Shown in pieces: positions 48,397 through 57,669 of a DNA stretch of 64,000 nucleotides. The first letter of the stretch is position 1. Each line of letters starts with the position of its first letter. The DNA lies in contig OX337232.1 of NCBI GenBank assembly GCA_946965045.2, forward strand, positions 3,846,314 through 3,910,313, given 5' to 3'. Below the pieces are notes generated by a model. The model saw only the letters and a program-made list of their open reading frames with translations. It was not told the origin of the DNA and did no database searches. A program made the translations under genes and the position numbers. This DNA comes from Epithemia pelagica. Taxonomy: Eukaryota; Protista; Bacillariophyta.

Positions 48397-49842
48397 TTAG
48401 TCTTCATCGGACGATGACGAAGCCACACTCTCTTGGTCCTCTTCCTCTTGGTCATAGCTGGTTGTACTGTCGTCACTATCATTCTCTTCTTCTTGTTGTT
48501 GTTGCCTCATGGACGATTGTGCCTTGCTTTTGTGGAAGGCAGTGTTGGACGAGGGGGGTAACTTGCCATTCTTGACCCGCCACGAGTCTGTATTCTTGCC
48601 ACCGTGATAGTCAAACTTGAAATTCATTTTCGGAACCGGTCGATAGGCGGCTTCTTCCCGTTCCTTTTTCGTCTTGAGATCCGCTTCAAAACTCTCCTTG
48701 GCAGCAGTATTTTGAGTGCCATTGTTCCATTCCTGATCAAACCCTTCTTCTCCCTCTGCTCCATCGCTGTCCGAGTCATTCGCACCTTTGCGACGAGTTG
48801 GACTATTCATGGCTTCCAATGTACCACGTGGATGAATACCCTTGATGACCTCGTCTTCGGTTTTGGCACCCGTTTCGACGTACCGGATAAATGGCCCCGA
48901 TGGTGGCTTCAAGGCAGGAAACGAGAGAGTGTACGTAAAGGGTTTGCTAGGAGGCTCTTCCTTTTTCTTTTTCTTCTTTTTCTCCTTCTTGGGTGGAGGA
49001 GGGGGAGGAGTCTCGGGTCGTTCCTCTTCTTCCTCTTCCTCCACAAGTTCGACAATTTCTTCCTCTTCTTCTTCGGGAAGTTGATTGATTTCATGACACT
49101 TGAGCATGGCCTGATACAATCCTAGATCCGCCATGATATCACAGAAAATGGCCAACTTGGTCTGATACTCCTGTATGGATTCCAAAACTTGTCGATCGGC
49201 AATGTGAGGTAGACAAGTGGTGTTTTGCACGTGTTCGCAAGCTTCTTCGCAGGAAGCCAATTGGTTGTATTCGGCAAAGCCATTACGGACCAAAAGGGCT
49301 CCGAGCTGGAACTTTGTGTATCCGTATTGCTTTTCCAATTCCAGTGTCGCTGGCGTCAAAGTCGTCAAGGCCGTGCTGGTTTGCTGCAATTGCTTGTTCC
49401 ATTCCACCAGCCGACGACGTGTGCTGACTTTGACATTGTACTCGGGTTCGCCGGCCGAATTGATCTCTTCGGTACTGGTCGTGACTTGTAGATCTTGTTG
49501 CACCGTCTCGGTAAAGGTGGACAACTTTTTGGACACGTTGCAAAAGGCATGGTAGGCCGGCTCGGCTTGTCCGGTACCCGACTGGGCCAAAAAGAACTCG
49601 TACCGTGTCAAAAAGGAGTTGCGCCATCGCGTAAAGTCACTTCGAGTACAAATGTCGGGCAATTCGGCCAACCGTTGTTTCAATTCGGGATCTGTCTTTA
49701 ACGGGTTGGCACCAATAACATGTGGTTCGTCGCCGTATTCGGAGGAAATCAAGAGAGGATGCGACACGAGCGGACTCACGGGAGGAGACGACAACCGGCC
49801 CACACCTCCTTTGGACGCTTGCTGCGGAGATAGCGTATTCAT
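48397..49842 (-). CDS. Hypothetical protein, tandem paralogue of 44226-47279
   Basis: Uninterrupted ORF containing GYTKFQLGALLVRNGFAEY and ADRQVLE...LGLYQAMLKC. Confidence 0.75.
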   Translation of the reverse strand: MNTLSPQQASKGGVGRLSSPPVSPLVSHPLLISSEYGDEPHVIGANPLKTDPELKQRLAELPDICTRSDFTRWRNSFLTRYEFFLAQSGTGQAEPAYHAFCNVSKKLSTFTETVQQDLQVTTSTEEINSAGEPEYNVKVSTRRRLVEWNKQLQQTSTALTTLTPATLELEKQYGYTKFQLGALLVRNGFAEYNQLASCEEACEHVQNTTCLPHIADRQVLESIQEYQTKLAIFCDIMADLGLYQAMLKCHEINQLPEEEEEEIVELVEEEEEEERPETPPPPPPKKEKKKKKKKEEPPSKPFTYTLSFPALKPPSGPFIRYVETGAKTEDEVIKGIHPRGTLEAMNSPTRRKGANDSDSDGAEGEEGFDQEWNNGTQNTAAKESFEADLKTKKEREEAAYRPVPKMNFKFDYHGGKNTDSWRVKNGKLPPSSNTAFHKSKAQSSMRQQQQEEENDSDDSTTSYDQEEEDQESVASSSSDED

Positions 49843-50222
49843 ACGGACAGACTTGTGTGTGTGTGTCGCGATATGATTGTCTCTCTCGACAACAAAGTGA
49901 ATCAATGATGAACAAAGGACCACTCGCTTGGAATGAATTGTGTCAATCAAGTTTCGAGTGAGATGGGTGACTTGTCGAAAACGTCAACACTGGGTTGGGA
50001 CACCCATGAAGGTTTTGTGTACAGTGGGCTGGCCAATTGTTTTGTAGATATGACCCAAAAGACCAAAGGGAAAAGTCATTGAAGAGACCCAACAAACATT
50101 CTGATGGGAAGTGTGATTCGTGTAAAAATGAACACAAAACCTGACGGTCAGACGGTCCGACCGATCACAACAGCTCATATCGGTCGAATCACCATGGACC
50201 ACAAACTACGGCCTCCAAGAAC

Positions 50223-51338
50223 CAAGAAGGGTCCGTCAATGTCGACGAACGCGGTAATTTCAGTATTCAAGTACTCGAGACGTGTCTCAATCGATACTTT
50301 GCCCTACAACAACAACAACAACAGCATCACGACCAACTGAGTCACGACGAAGGAGATTGGTTGCCTCATTGAACCGATTCTGTATTGAAAGACCGTTTGG
50401 GTCTGCAAGACACTACTCAAGTGACGGCCTTTTTGTTGCACAAATCCGATCATTGAATGGCCATTCGGCAAGTGGCTGGACGCTTTTTTAATTTCAACTC
50501 AACCACCTTGGAAAGACCGGTGCCCATTTCGCATTTTGAATTGGGGACGCAATTGTCGCAAGCCCCACAACCTGGAGCGACGGGTGGATATACCGTGTTT
50601 TGCGTGGCCGCCCCCTCGCAGTGATTGCCTCCGCCACACATTGGAGACTATCCTCCTCCCACACCGTCGTCGTCTTCTTCTATAATAGGAGGAGGTACGT
50701 GGCACAACATGGCAGATTTGCTCATCCACAGTTCCACAACAATGCGCTACAGGCCTTTTCGTCGCAACAGCAACTCGTACAATCCTTCAGCAATCCGAAT
50801 ACTGCTACGACACCTAACAAACCTCGAGTCGATCCTTGGACCACAGTCACGGGCGCAGGGCGTCGTCTCGATGGCAAGTCCACAGTGCCGTCGTCCTCCT
50901 CCATGAAATATGGCCATTGAAGGATTGACCGAAGAAGAGCAACTGCAATTAGCAATGCAATTGTCTTCGCAACCACCAGAACCGGTCCAAACGAGTAGCA
51001 GCCAAACTAAACTTGCCAATCTGACAGTTCCGGAGGAACCACTGATTGGAGCTCCAGACACTTGTCGAATTCAGTTCCGCTTCATGGGCCAGACCAGCAG
51101 CAAAAAGTCACCGGTTCTGGTCCGTCGTTTTCCCAACCGTGCACTTGTCCAAGTCTTGTATCTGCTCTGTGGTCAGCACTATCTGGATGGCCGCAACGAT
51201 AGTATGGACGTGGAATTGCGAGCGGCAGCCTCCTTTCCACCTCGAAATTTGGATTCCTTGCGGAACCAAACCTTGCAAGAAGCAAGTTTGATCCAAGGTG
51301 AAACGATTCAGGTACGTATCATCTCAAAAGGATCCTAG
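50223..51338 (+). pseudogene. ATXN3: Ataxin-3-like (Josephin + SHP-like box + UIM + UBX) pseudogene, apparently 5'-truncated
   Basis: GSVNVDERGNFSIQVL; AFLLHKSDH*MAIRQV (catalytic His, W>TGA at 50454); FNFNSTTLERPVPIS...GYTVFCV; PWTTVTGAGRRLDG; TEEEQLQLAMQLS; C-terminal CRIQFRF...VRRF...SFPPRNL...TLQEASL. Stops at 50370, 50454 and 50622, plus frameshifts. Confidence 0.8.
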
Positions 51339-51565
51339 TTAGTAGAGATGATCAAGGGACAGATGAGATGCGGCATCCATCCGCTCGGGTGAGGAAACAG
51401 GGCCGGATGGATCCGTGATGATACCCCACGTGTTGCAGTCGTATTACATGGGAGGCAAAGAGCAAAGAGGTTCTTGTGCCTCCTTCGACGGATGAATTTA
51501 GAGTCCTACGGCTGCTATGCAGGGAACAAAGCAATCGTGCAACGCATTTCTTTTTTTCCTTACTC

Positions 51566-53410
51566 TTACTGAATCTTATTTTCACTAGCGAGACTTTCCA
51601 CATCATCGTTAAATTCATCTATTGGAATCTCGTCGTCGTCGTCGTCTTTGGTACGTTCCACCGCAGCCTTGGATGTCCCGTTTCCTCCCGTTTTACCCCG
51701 GAAGGAACGGCAGAAGAAGAGGAGGAGCAAGAGAGCGACAACCGGAACGAGAACGGCTACGACAACAATCCCGGGAGAATCCGGACCGGACGATGACTCA
51801 TTCTCCGTACCGGCCACGGGAGCGTCACTTTCCAAGACGGGGGGAACATTGTCATTTTCTTGGTCCGCACTGAACTTGAGACCCGTAATGGGATCCACAT
51901 CGGAGTCCATATTCATCCAGTCGTGATCCCCCGCTTGAGTAATGGTGAGAACGTACAGGTCATTGTGCGTGGCCGCGTCGAGTTGATCCCAGGCATTGGC
52001 AGTCAAAAAGACATCCCCATTGCTCGTTGGTGCAGTACCGACAGGAGGCCGCAATTCCATATTGACCAATTGATCGTGTCGCTGCGAATCAATTTGTCGA
52101 ATGAATTGCGTGGCTCCACTCCCCGTATCTAGTTTGAGAACCAGAATGTCCCGGGTGGGTGTCGTCGTGTAGGCACTGTTTCCGTTGCGCGCTGCCAGCA
52201 GTGGTTGGCGGGTGGCCGTCAATGGCCCTTGAATGGTCCCACCCACCAGGACTGCGTCCTCGTGGACGACGCAATGGGTCAATTCCAGCACGCCACCACC
52301 GCCGCCCACTCGAAATTGCCGTTTCCAGGCCGGATCTCGACCGTGCGTATCGATTTTGAGGACAAACCCGCTAAAGCCTCCGCTCTCCGTATTGGTAGGA
52401 TCCAGCTCAAACTGTCCGGTCGTGGTACCCACGACGTAGGCCTTGTCACCCTGCAGGCAGACCCCCAGGACGACATCGTCCTTGTTTCGTTGCGATCGAA
52501 TAATTGTGCCAATGTTGTTGTGCGTTTCACTGTCATAGTCGGTCAAATCGACCGTCCCTTGTTGGGCATTGACCCAGGTCATGTACCCGTTCCAGACGAG
52601 GCCATTGGACAAGGCACCGGCGCCGACCGTCATTCCGTTGCCCGTGGTAGAACCGAAAACGACCAATTCCCGGCCCTGGTTTGAGGGGACCAAGCCCATG
52701 CCCGTGACCAAACTCTTGCCACCGGTCGTATCCAGGACGAGTTGCCACTCAGTGGTCTTGGTCTGGCGATTGAACTTGAGAATCATGGGGGAATAGGTCT
52801 GGGCCTGCGGGCCGGTCAAGCCCGTGTAACGAGGATGAGAAAAGTGGGCCAGATACTCCTTGGTGGACTGCAGGAGGTTGCTCGGGTTGAGATTGTTGTG
52901 AAAGCCGTGGGTGGGATGGAGGGCCACATACACAAACTCTTGATTGTCCGGATCCGGTACGAGCAAGGCCGGAAAGTATCCCTGCGGCAAGGTCAGCAGG
53001 GGAGGCTGGACCAGAGTCATGTCGTAATTGTCGTAATTCATTTCGTACAGATATCCCTGTTCCTGGTCCGCCTCCATGGTGGTCAAGACACCGTGCGCAT
53101 GTCCCGAGTTGCCGCCGCTCGGGGCAGCGTCCAGGACCATGTCCAGACACAACGAGGACGGCATAAAGACTTGTCGATGCATCCCCACGCCACGGTCCAC
53201 CGACAGGTAACAGGATGGGGTTGTGGCTTTGGTATCGGCCCCCAACGAAAAGAGGCGAATTCCAGTCGGATCCAGGGCACTCCCGTAGACCACAATGGTG
53301 CCCAATTCCGAACCGGTTTCAAAGGCTTGTACCACCACCATCGACCGGGGGCCCCAAAGGAGGACGAGGACAGAACAGAGACTCCAGATCACGGCCGCTG
53401 TCATTGTCAT
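51566..53410 (-). CDS. Type I membrane protein: signal peptide, beta-propeller-like ectodomain, C-terminal TM and acidic tail
   Basis: MTMTAAVIWSLCSVLVLLWG signal-like start, repeats such as VYVALH, LVVFGSTTG, AYVVGTTTG, VLVGGT and DILVLKLD, and TM IVVVAVLVPVVALLLLLFFC. Confidence 0.75.
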   Translation of the reverse strand: MTMTAAVIWSLCSVLVLLWGPRSMVVVQAFETGSELGTIVVYGSALDPTGIRLFSLGADTKATTPSCYLSVDRGVGMHRQVFMPSSLCLDMVLDAAPSGGNSGHAHGVLTTMEADQEQGYLYEMNYDNYDMTLVQPPLLTLPQGYFPALLVPDPDNQEFVYVALHPTHGFHNNLNPSNLLQSTKEYLAHFSHPRYTGLTGPQAQTYSPMILKFNRQTKTTEWQLVLDTTGGKSLVTGMGLVPSNQGRELVVFGSTTGNGMTVGAGALSNGLVWNGYMTWVNAQQGTVDLTDYDSETHNNIGTIIRSQRNKDDVVLGVCLQGDKAYVVGTTTGQFELDPTNTESGGFSGFVLKIDTHGRDPAWKRQFRVGGGGGVLELTHCVVHEDAVLVGGTIQGPLTATRQPLLAARNGNSAYTTTPTRDILVLKLDTGSGATQFIRQIDSQRHDQLVNMELRPPVGTAPTSNGDVFLTANAWDQLDAATHNDLYVLTITQAGDHDWMNMDSDVDPITGLKFSADQENDNVPPVLESDAPVAGTENESSSGPDSPGIVVVAVLVPVVALLLLLFFCRSFRGKTGGNGTSKAAVERTKDDDDDEIPIDEFNDDVESLASENKIQ

Positions 53411-53455
53411 GGTCCTACGGTACGTTGTTGCGAATGCCGAAATCGTAGGAGAGAC

Positions 53456-53816
53456 AGGGGCCTCAGAAATACATGGCAGATACATGATTGGGTTAGAAAT
53501 TTCACAAGACATAGACAAGACAGCAAAATACTTAACGAAAAATCAGACCAGACATGTCTTCTCTTACCTGTAGACATCGCGCGCCACGCGCAAAAAGCCA
53601 CGGAATCCTGCCGACTTCCCCACGAAAAAGATGAAAACGACGAGGAGTTCCGCTCCAACACGATTCCATGCCAATGAGACCGGTCGCGGTTACCGTGGCC
53701 CAGGACATGGACAATGGTGTCCATGTTTCTGGAAGGACAATGGACAGAGAGACGATGACTGGCAAGGAGGATGACTCTCCACCACCTCCAGCACCAAGGG
53801 TGGTGCTGCACAACCC
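53456..53816 (+). mobile_element. 5' end of transposon copy A (promoter region plus first ~88 codons, stop at codon 27)
   Basis: Colinear with 57670-58030 (AGGGGC..GAAATA..GGCAGA..ATGATTGGGTTAGAAA...ATGTCTTCTCTTACC). It translates MSSLTCRHRAPRAKSHGILPTSPRKR*...VVLHNP and ends abruptly at AACCC. Confidence 0.9.
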
Positions 53817-53830
53817 TGTTAGGAAAATAT

Positions 53831-56800
53831 AGGGGGATCTGGCAGAAGAAGAGGGGAAAAAAGAAGGAGAAAAAAAGAAGAAGAAAAGGAAAAAAGAAAA
53901 AGAAGGAAGAAATTATGGTAAGATTCCCTTCGTCGAGAACGTGCGATTGCCGCTATCAGAATGTGATCTAATTGGCTGCTGTCTTTGTCACTGTTTCTGC
54001 CCCTGTGTGCAATGTGTGGTGAGTGCGTGGTGGACCACGAAGCAGGAAGGAGGGGATTTGGCAGATCCCCACTACCACAGTACGTATGAGTCCACGGTAA
54101 GTGCCTGAAGCGACTGTCTTTTGCTTAAGGTAAACAGTGTCATACTCACATATGCCCGATTGCTTCTCCAGCGAAGATATTAGCATTCACCACAAAAGAG
54201 TGCGTAGAAGTCTCGTACCACTGGTACAAGGTAAGCCTAGCTACGGCAGGATTTCGGAAGTGGTTGCTCATTTTCCTCTAGCTCATTATTTCTTGGACGA
54301 TGGTTTTCTCACTGCTGTTGTTGTTCGTATCGTTAATTCTTATTTTGCTATTTCTTGCGTGTACAGCACCATGGTACGTTGTCCCAGCCAGGTGCACTGA
54401 TATTCCATTGATCGAATTGGTTGTTCTAACATTTTTCTTTTTTAAAATGGTGGTCGGTTACTCTGATGGTTTCGGCATGATTTGTCGTGTGGTGGAATGC
54501 CTCTACGGTTTCCCCGATTCCAATATTGGATGTTGCGAATGCAACAGTTCTGTATTGGCTGCATTTGAGCCGGGGCAACAGGCGGTTGATGTGGCTGATG
54601 AAGATTCCCAACGGCCGGGCACATGATCGTCGAGAGAAAAGCTGCTTGTTGCAAGAGCTGCTGTTGTACCTGGTAAATATTGGGCATCGATGATGGTGCC
54701 AACGGTGGTTGTTGTTGTTGTGGTGGTGGCGGTAGTGGTGGAAGACTGGGCTGCTCCCTCATTGTTGGCTGTTTCTGGTTTGTGGTAACTCGTGTTGTCG
54801 TTGTGCTTGTTGCGTTGATTTGGTTCTGTTTGACAGGCCGAGTCACTTGGATTGGTTCTTGTTCTTGAGCACTTGCCTCACACTCTTGCATCTCGCTGTC
54901 TTCTTCTTTTTCCTCCTCCTCTTCTTCTGGTTCTTTATCGTCTTCCATGTCCTGGTCGCTACCACTGTCCGAGTCTTCGCGGTTCGATATTTCGTCGTCG
55001 TCGTCGTCGTCGTCACATTCGAGCATTGTCTCATTGTTTGTTGCGTCCTCTGTTGGTTCATTGCATTCGTTGCAGGGGCAGTGGTCATTGCTGAGGAATG
55101 CCACTGGCCATGTTTGTTGGATCTGTTTTTGTATCGGCAGGTATTCGGAGAAGAATCGTTCTCCATTGTCAGGAGGTAAGTCTTCGACCCAATCAAATGG
55201 TTTGCTCGCTCCACAACGAACTGCCAGTTTGTTGATGAAGGCAAGCTCCTGGTGATTGAAGTGACTAACGACACTTTCCCATGCTGCAGGCATTTTCGTG
55301 TTCCTCTCCTCCATTGAAGCCGAGGCTAAACGGATTTTGAGCCGGATTTGTTTGTTATATCGTGCCGTTCCACAGAGGTTGATGACATCACTGAGATCCT
55401 CGTGCATTCCTCCATTTGCAAAGTGTGCGAGATTGTCATGCCATGATTCGAGCTTCGACTCGCCCCGGTAAGAAATCCACTCGCTGAGCCCATGTTTTGA
55501 ATTTGGACCTGGCTTGATCTCACGATACATTTCACTTACAGGGAGTGGGTCCGAGAGATATTCTGCCTTTTTCTTGCAGTTCTCAATGGCAAGGTGAGTG
55601 TCCATTGTAAACAGTGTTTGTTGCGTCCTTGGGTCGACTCGTCCTCTTGCTGCTCCAGATCCCTCTGACGCAGTTACCTTGTACTTGCATTTCCATTCTT
55701 CAAGCTTGGTGATGATTGTTTCCTTCCGCCTGATTCTTTTCCGTAAGTGCTTGCCGTATCGTGTCCGAAACTGCTTTGTCTGTCGCATTTCAACAATCTC
55801 TTTGTCAGACAGTTTCTCACCTGTACTTGACATTGTGCCATCTTTCAGAGCCGTCACAAGTTTGTTGAAGTCGCGATCATCATAGTCGTACAATGCATCC
55901 AACAAATCTCTTATTGCGTGTCCGAAGTCGATATGGTTCTTTCGTAGTGTCTTGACGATCCTCTGAATGAAATGGAAGAGTCCTAATCTTCCCTTGAGCT
56001 TCCTTCCATTCTTGTCACGCAACAATTCCTCCCAGAAGCTTTGCTTATGGGGCCAGGTGTCGGAATACATGATTGAGGGTTTAAAATTTGGTCGCTTGGT
56101 GAGTTGAATTAATGCATGGGCGAAGTGTTTTGTCTCCGTGCTTCTAACCAGAATAGCCAATGCTACCTCGCCATGTTCATTGCAGATATCCCACAGTGCT
56201 TCGGCTTGCAGTCTCTTCGGGTAGTTCTTTACCACCTGGTGAGTGTGATCTTGTGCGAAGCATATCTGACACTGTACCGCTTGTATTTCGCGTGTGTGTC
56301 GCTCTTTATCGCTTGTTCGCCACGGATTCCACGTAGACATTGAGGCTTCAAGGTATGCCTTCCGAATTGTCTCGCCCAATGGTGGAAACCGTGTCAGCCA
56401 TTCGCCATCCTTCTTCGGGTAGTCCTGAGCCTTTTGGTGCGATGAATCACAGAAAGACAGGTAGCTTGTAAGCCTCTTCCTGTAATCTCGGTTGATTGCA
56501 CTATATAACAACCGACTACATAGATCTCCATTCCCATGGGTAATCAGTAGTTCCTCAAAAACAGTTGTAGCAGTGAGGTCTAGATGTTGAGCACCTCTAG
56601 CCCACTTGGCCTCGACCGGGTACCATTTTTGAAAATGTGAGGGCAGCATATTGATCAGCGCCCCATCATTACCGGCGTGCGTGACCTTGCATTCCGGGCA
56701 GTAGTAGTTGGTGACCAGGGCGTAGTGGGGAGCACCACCAAGATTAAAAATCGGAAATAGGCTCTTGGTCTTGGAAAGGTTGGTCCTGTCTCTTTTTAGA

Positions 56801-57664
56801 GTACAGTCCCTACACTTTGGACACTTAATCCCCAACGCTTGAAATTCTTCCGGAAGGAACAGCCCCCAATCCACAATGTACAATTTCTGTCCTACTATTG
56901 AGTCCCAGAGGGCATTGTTGTTGTCGCGCACCTCCGGCACACAAAACTCCATGTTGCGCATGTACGCCTTAAGTGACGACAGGTCACGCTTCTTCTCTAA
57001 GCAGTTTTCAGCGATCGTCTTGGCCAGCGCGTAAACCATCTTCGGACAGGAAATCGAGGTGTCCGGCGCGACTTCCTTGTACTTGTCGAGTACCGATCGC
57101 ATGAATACATAGTCCGCCGACCCAACTGAAGACACGACTTTATTATTGATCAGTGATGTCGTGCGCGCAACACAGTTCTTTCTTCCTCCCCGTTTACTTG
57201 AAAGCTCGATATCCGCCGTCGTTATGGTTGTGGCTTCGTTTGAAGCCTCACATTCTGTTTTGTTGTTGAGTTGGAAGAAGAGGTTGAATTCCTCTTGGCT
57301 CATGATGATGGGCTTGAAGGTCACCTCCCTTGTTGCCTCCTTCTTCAGCCTTTCTTCCTCTCTCAATGCTTCCACCAGATGATCAGGGATGCCCTTGGTC
57401 TTTGTGTTCTTGGTACAAAACTCGTGGTGAGATCGTTTGGGGGGCTTGATACCCAGACGCTTGGCAGAACAGATTCTGCAGTCCCTGTCTTCCTCAAATG
57501 CCTTCTTCTTCTCCAGGGTGAGTTGGTTCAGTCTTCTTGCTTCCTTCTTCTTCTTTGTTGACTTTGTTTGGTGTTGTGCTAACGATTTCGCCCGTTTTGT
57601 TTGGTTGTTTCGTCGTTGGCTTTGGCAACCCATGCCCTCCTGGTCACTGGGTTTCCTTTTGTAT
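53831..57664 (-). mobile_element. Inverted body and 3' end of transposon copy A
   Basis: Begins (minus strand) at ATACAAAAGG, the continuation of the 5' piece. Its 3' ~600 bp align with 61212-61826, ending at CCCCTATA. Confidence 0.9.
54442..57633 (-). CDS. Putative DDE transposase A (N-terminally truncated, otherwise open), 1063 aa
   Basis: FAQDHT, MYSDTWP, RLGLFHF, RGESKLESWH (candidate D, D, xxH, E), with Cys/His clusters CRIC..HHEFC, CPKC..YYCPEC, CPCNEC and terminal CC..PPHDKSC. Confidence 0.75.
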   Translation of the reverse strand: MGCQSQRRNNQTKRAKSLAQHQTKSTKKKKEARRLNQLTLEKKKAFEEDRDCRICSAKRLGIKPPKRSHHEFCTKNTKTKGIPDHLVEALREEERLKKEATREVTFKPIIMSQEEFNLFFQLNNKTECEASNEATTITTADIELSSKRGGRKNCVARTTSLINNKVVSSVGSADYVFMRSVLDKYKEVAPDTSISCPKMVYALAKTIAENCLEKKRDLSSLKAYMRNMEFCVPEVRDNNNALWDSIVGQKLYIVDWGLFLPEEFQALGIKCPKCRDCTLKRDRTNLSKTKSLFPIFNLGGAPHYALVTNYYCPECKVTHAGNDGALINMLPSHFQKWYPVEAKWARGAQHLDLTATTVFEELLITHGNGDLCSRLLYSAINRDYRKRLTSYLSFCDSSHQKAQDYPKKDGEWLTRFPPLGETIRKAYLEASMSTWNPWRTSDKERHTREIQAVQCQICFAQDHTHQVVKNYPKRLQAEALWDICNEHGEVALAILVRSTETKHFAHALIQLTKRPNFKPSIMYSDTWPHKQSFWEELLRDKNGRKLKGRLGLFHFIQRIVKTLRKNHIDFGHAIRDLLDALYDYDDRDFNKLVTALKDGTMSSTGEKLSDKEIVEMRQTKQFRTRYGKHLRKRIRRKETIITKLEEWKCKYKVTASEGSGAARGRVDPRTQQTLFTMDTHLAIENCKKKAEYLSDPLPVSEMYREIKPGPNSKHGLSEWISYRGESKLESWHDNLAHFANGGMHEDLSDVINLCGTARYNKQIRLKIRLASASMEERNTKMPAAWESVVSHFNHQELAFINKLAVRCGASKPFDWVEDLPPDNGERFFSEYLPIQKQIQQTWPVAFLSNDHCPCNECNEPTEDATNNETMLECDDDDDDDEISNREDSDSGSDQDMEDDKEPEEEEEEKEEDSEMQECEASAQEQEPIQVTRPVKQNQINATSTTTTRVTTNQKQPTMREQPSLPPLPPPPQQQQPPLAPSSMPNIYQVQQQLLQQAAFLSTIMCPAVGNLHQPHQPPVAPAQMQPIQNCCIRNIQYWNRGNRRGIPPHDKSCRNHQSNRPPF

Positions 57665-57669
57665 AGAGG

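Noticed and set aside
52742-53677. 311-aa plus-strand ORF
   Set aside because: Antisense shadow of the membrane-protein gene, running into the transposon end.
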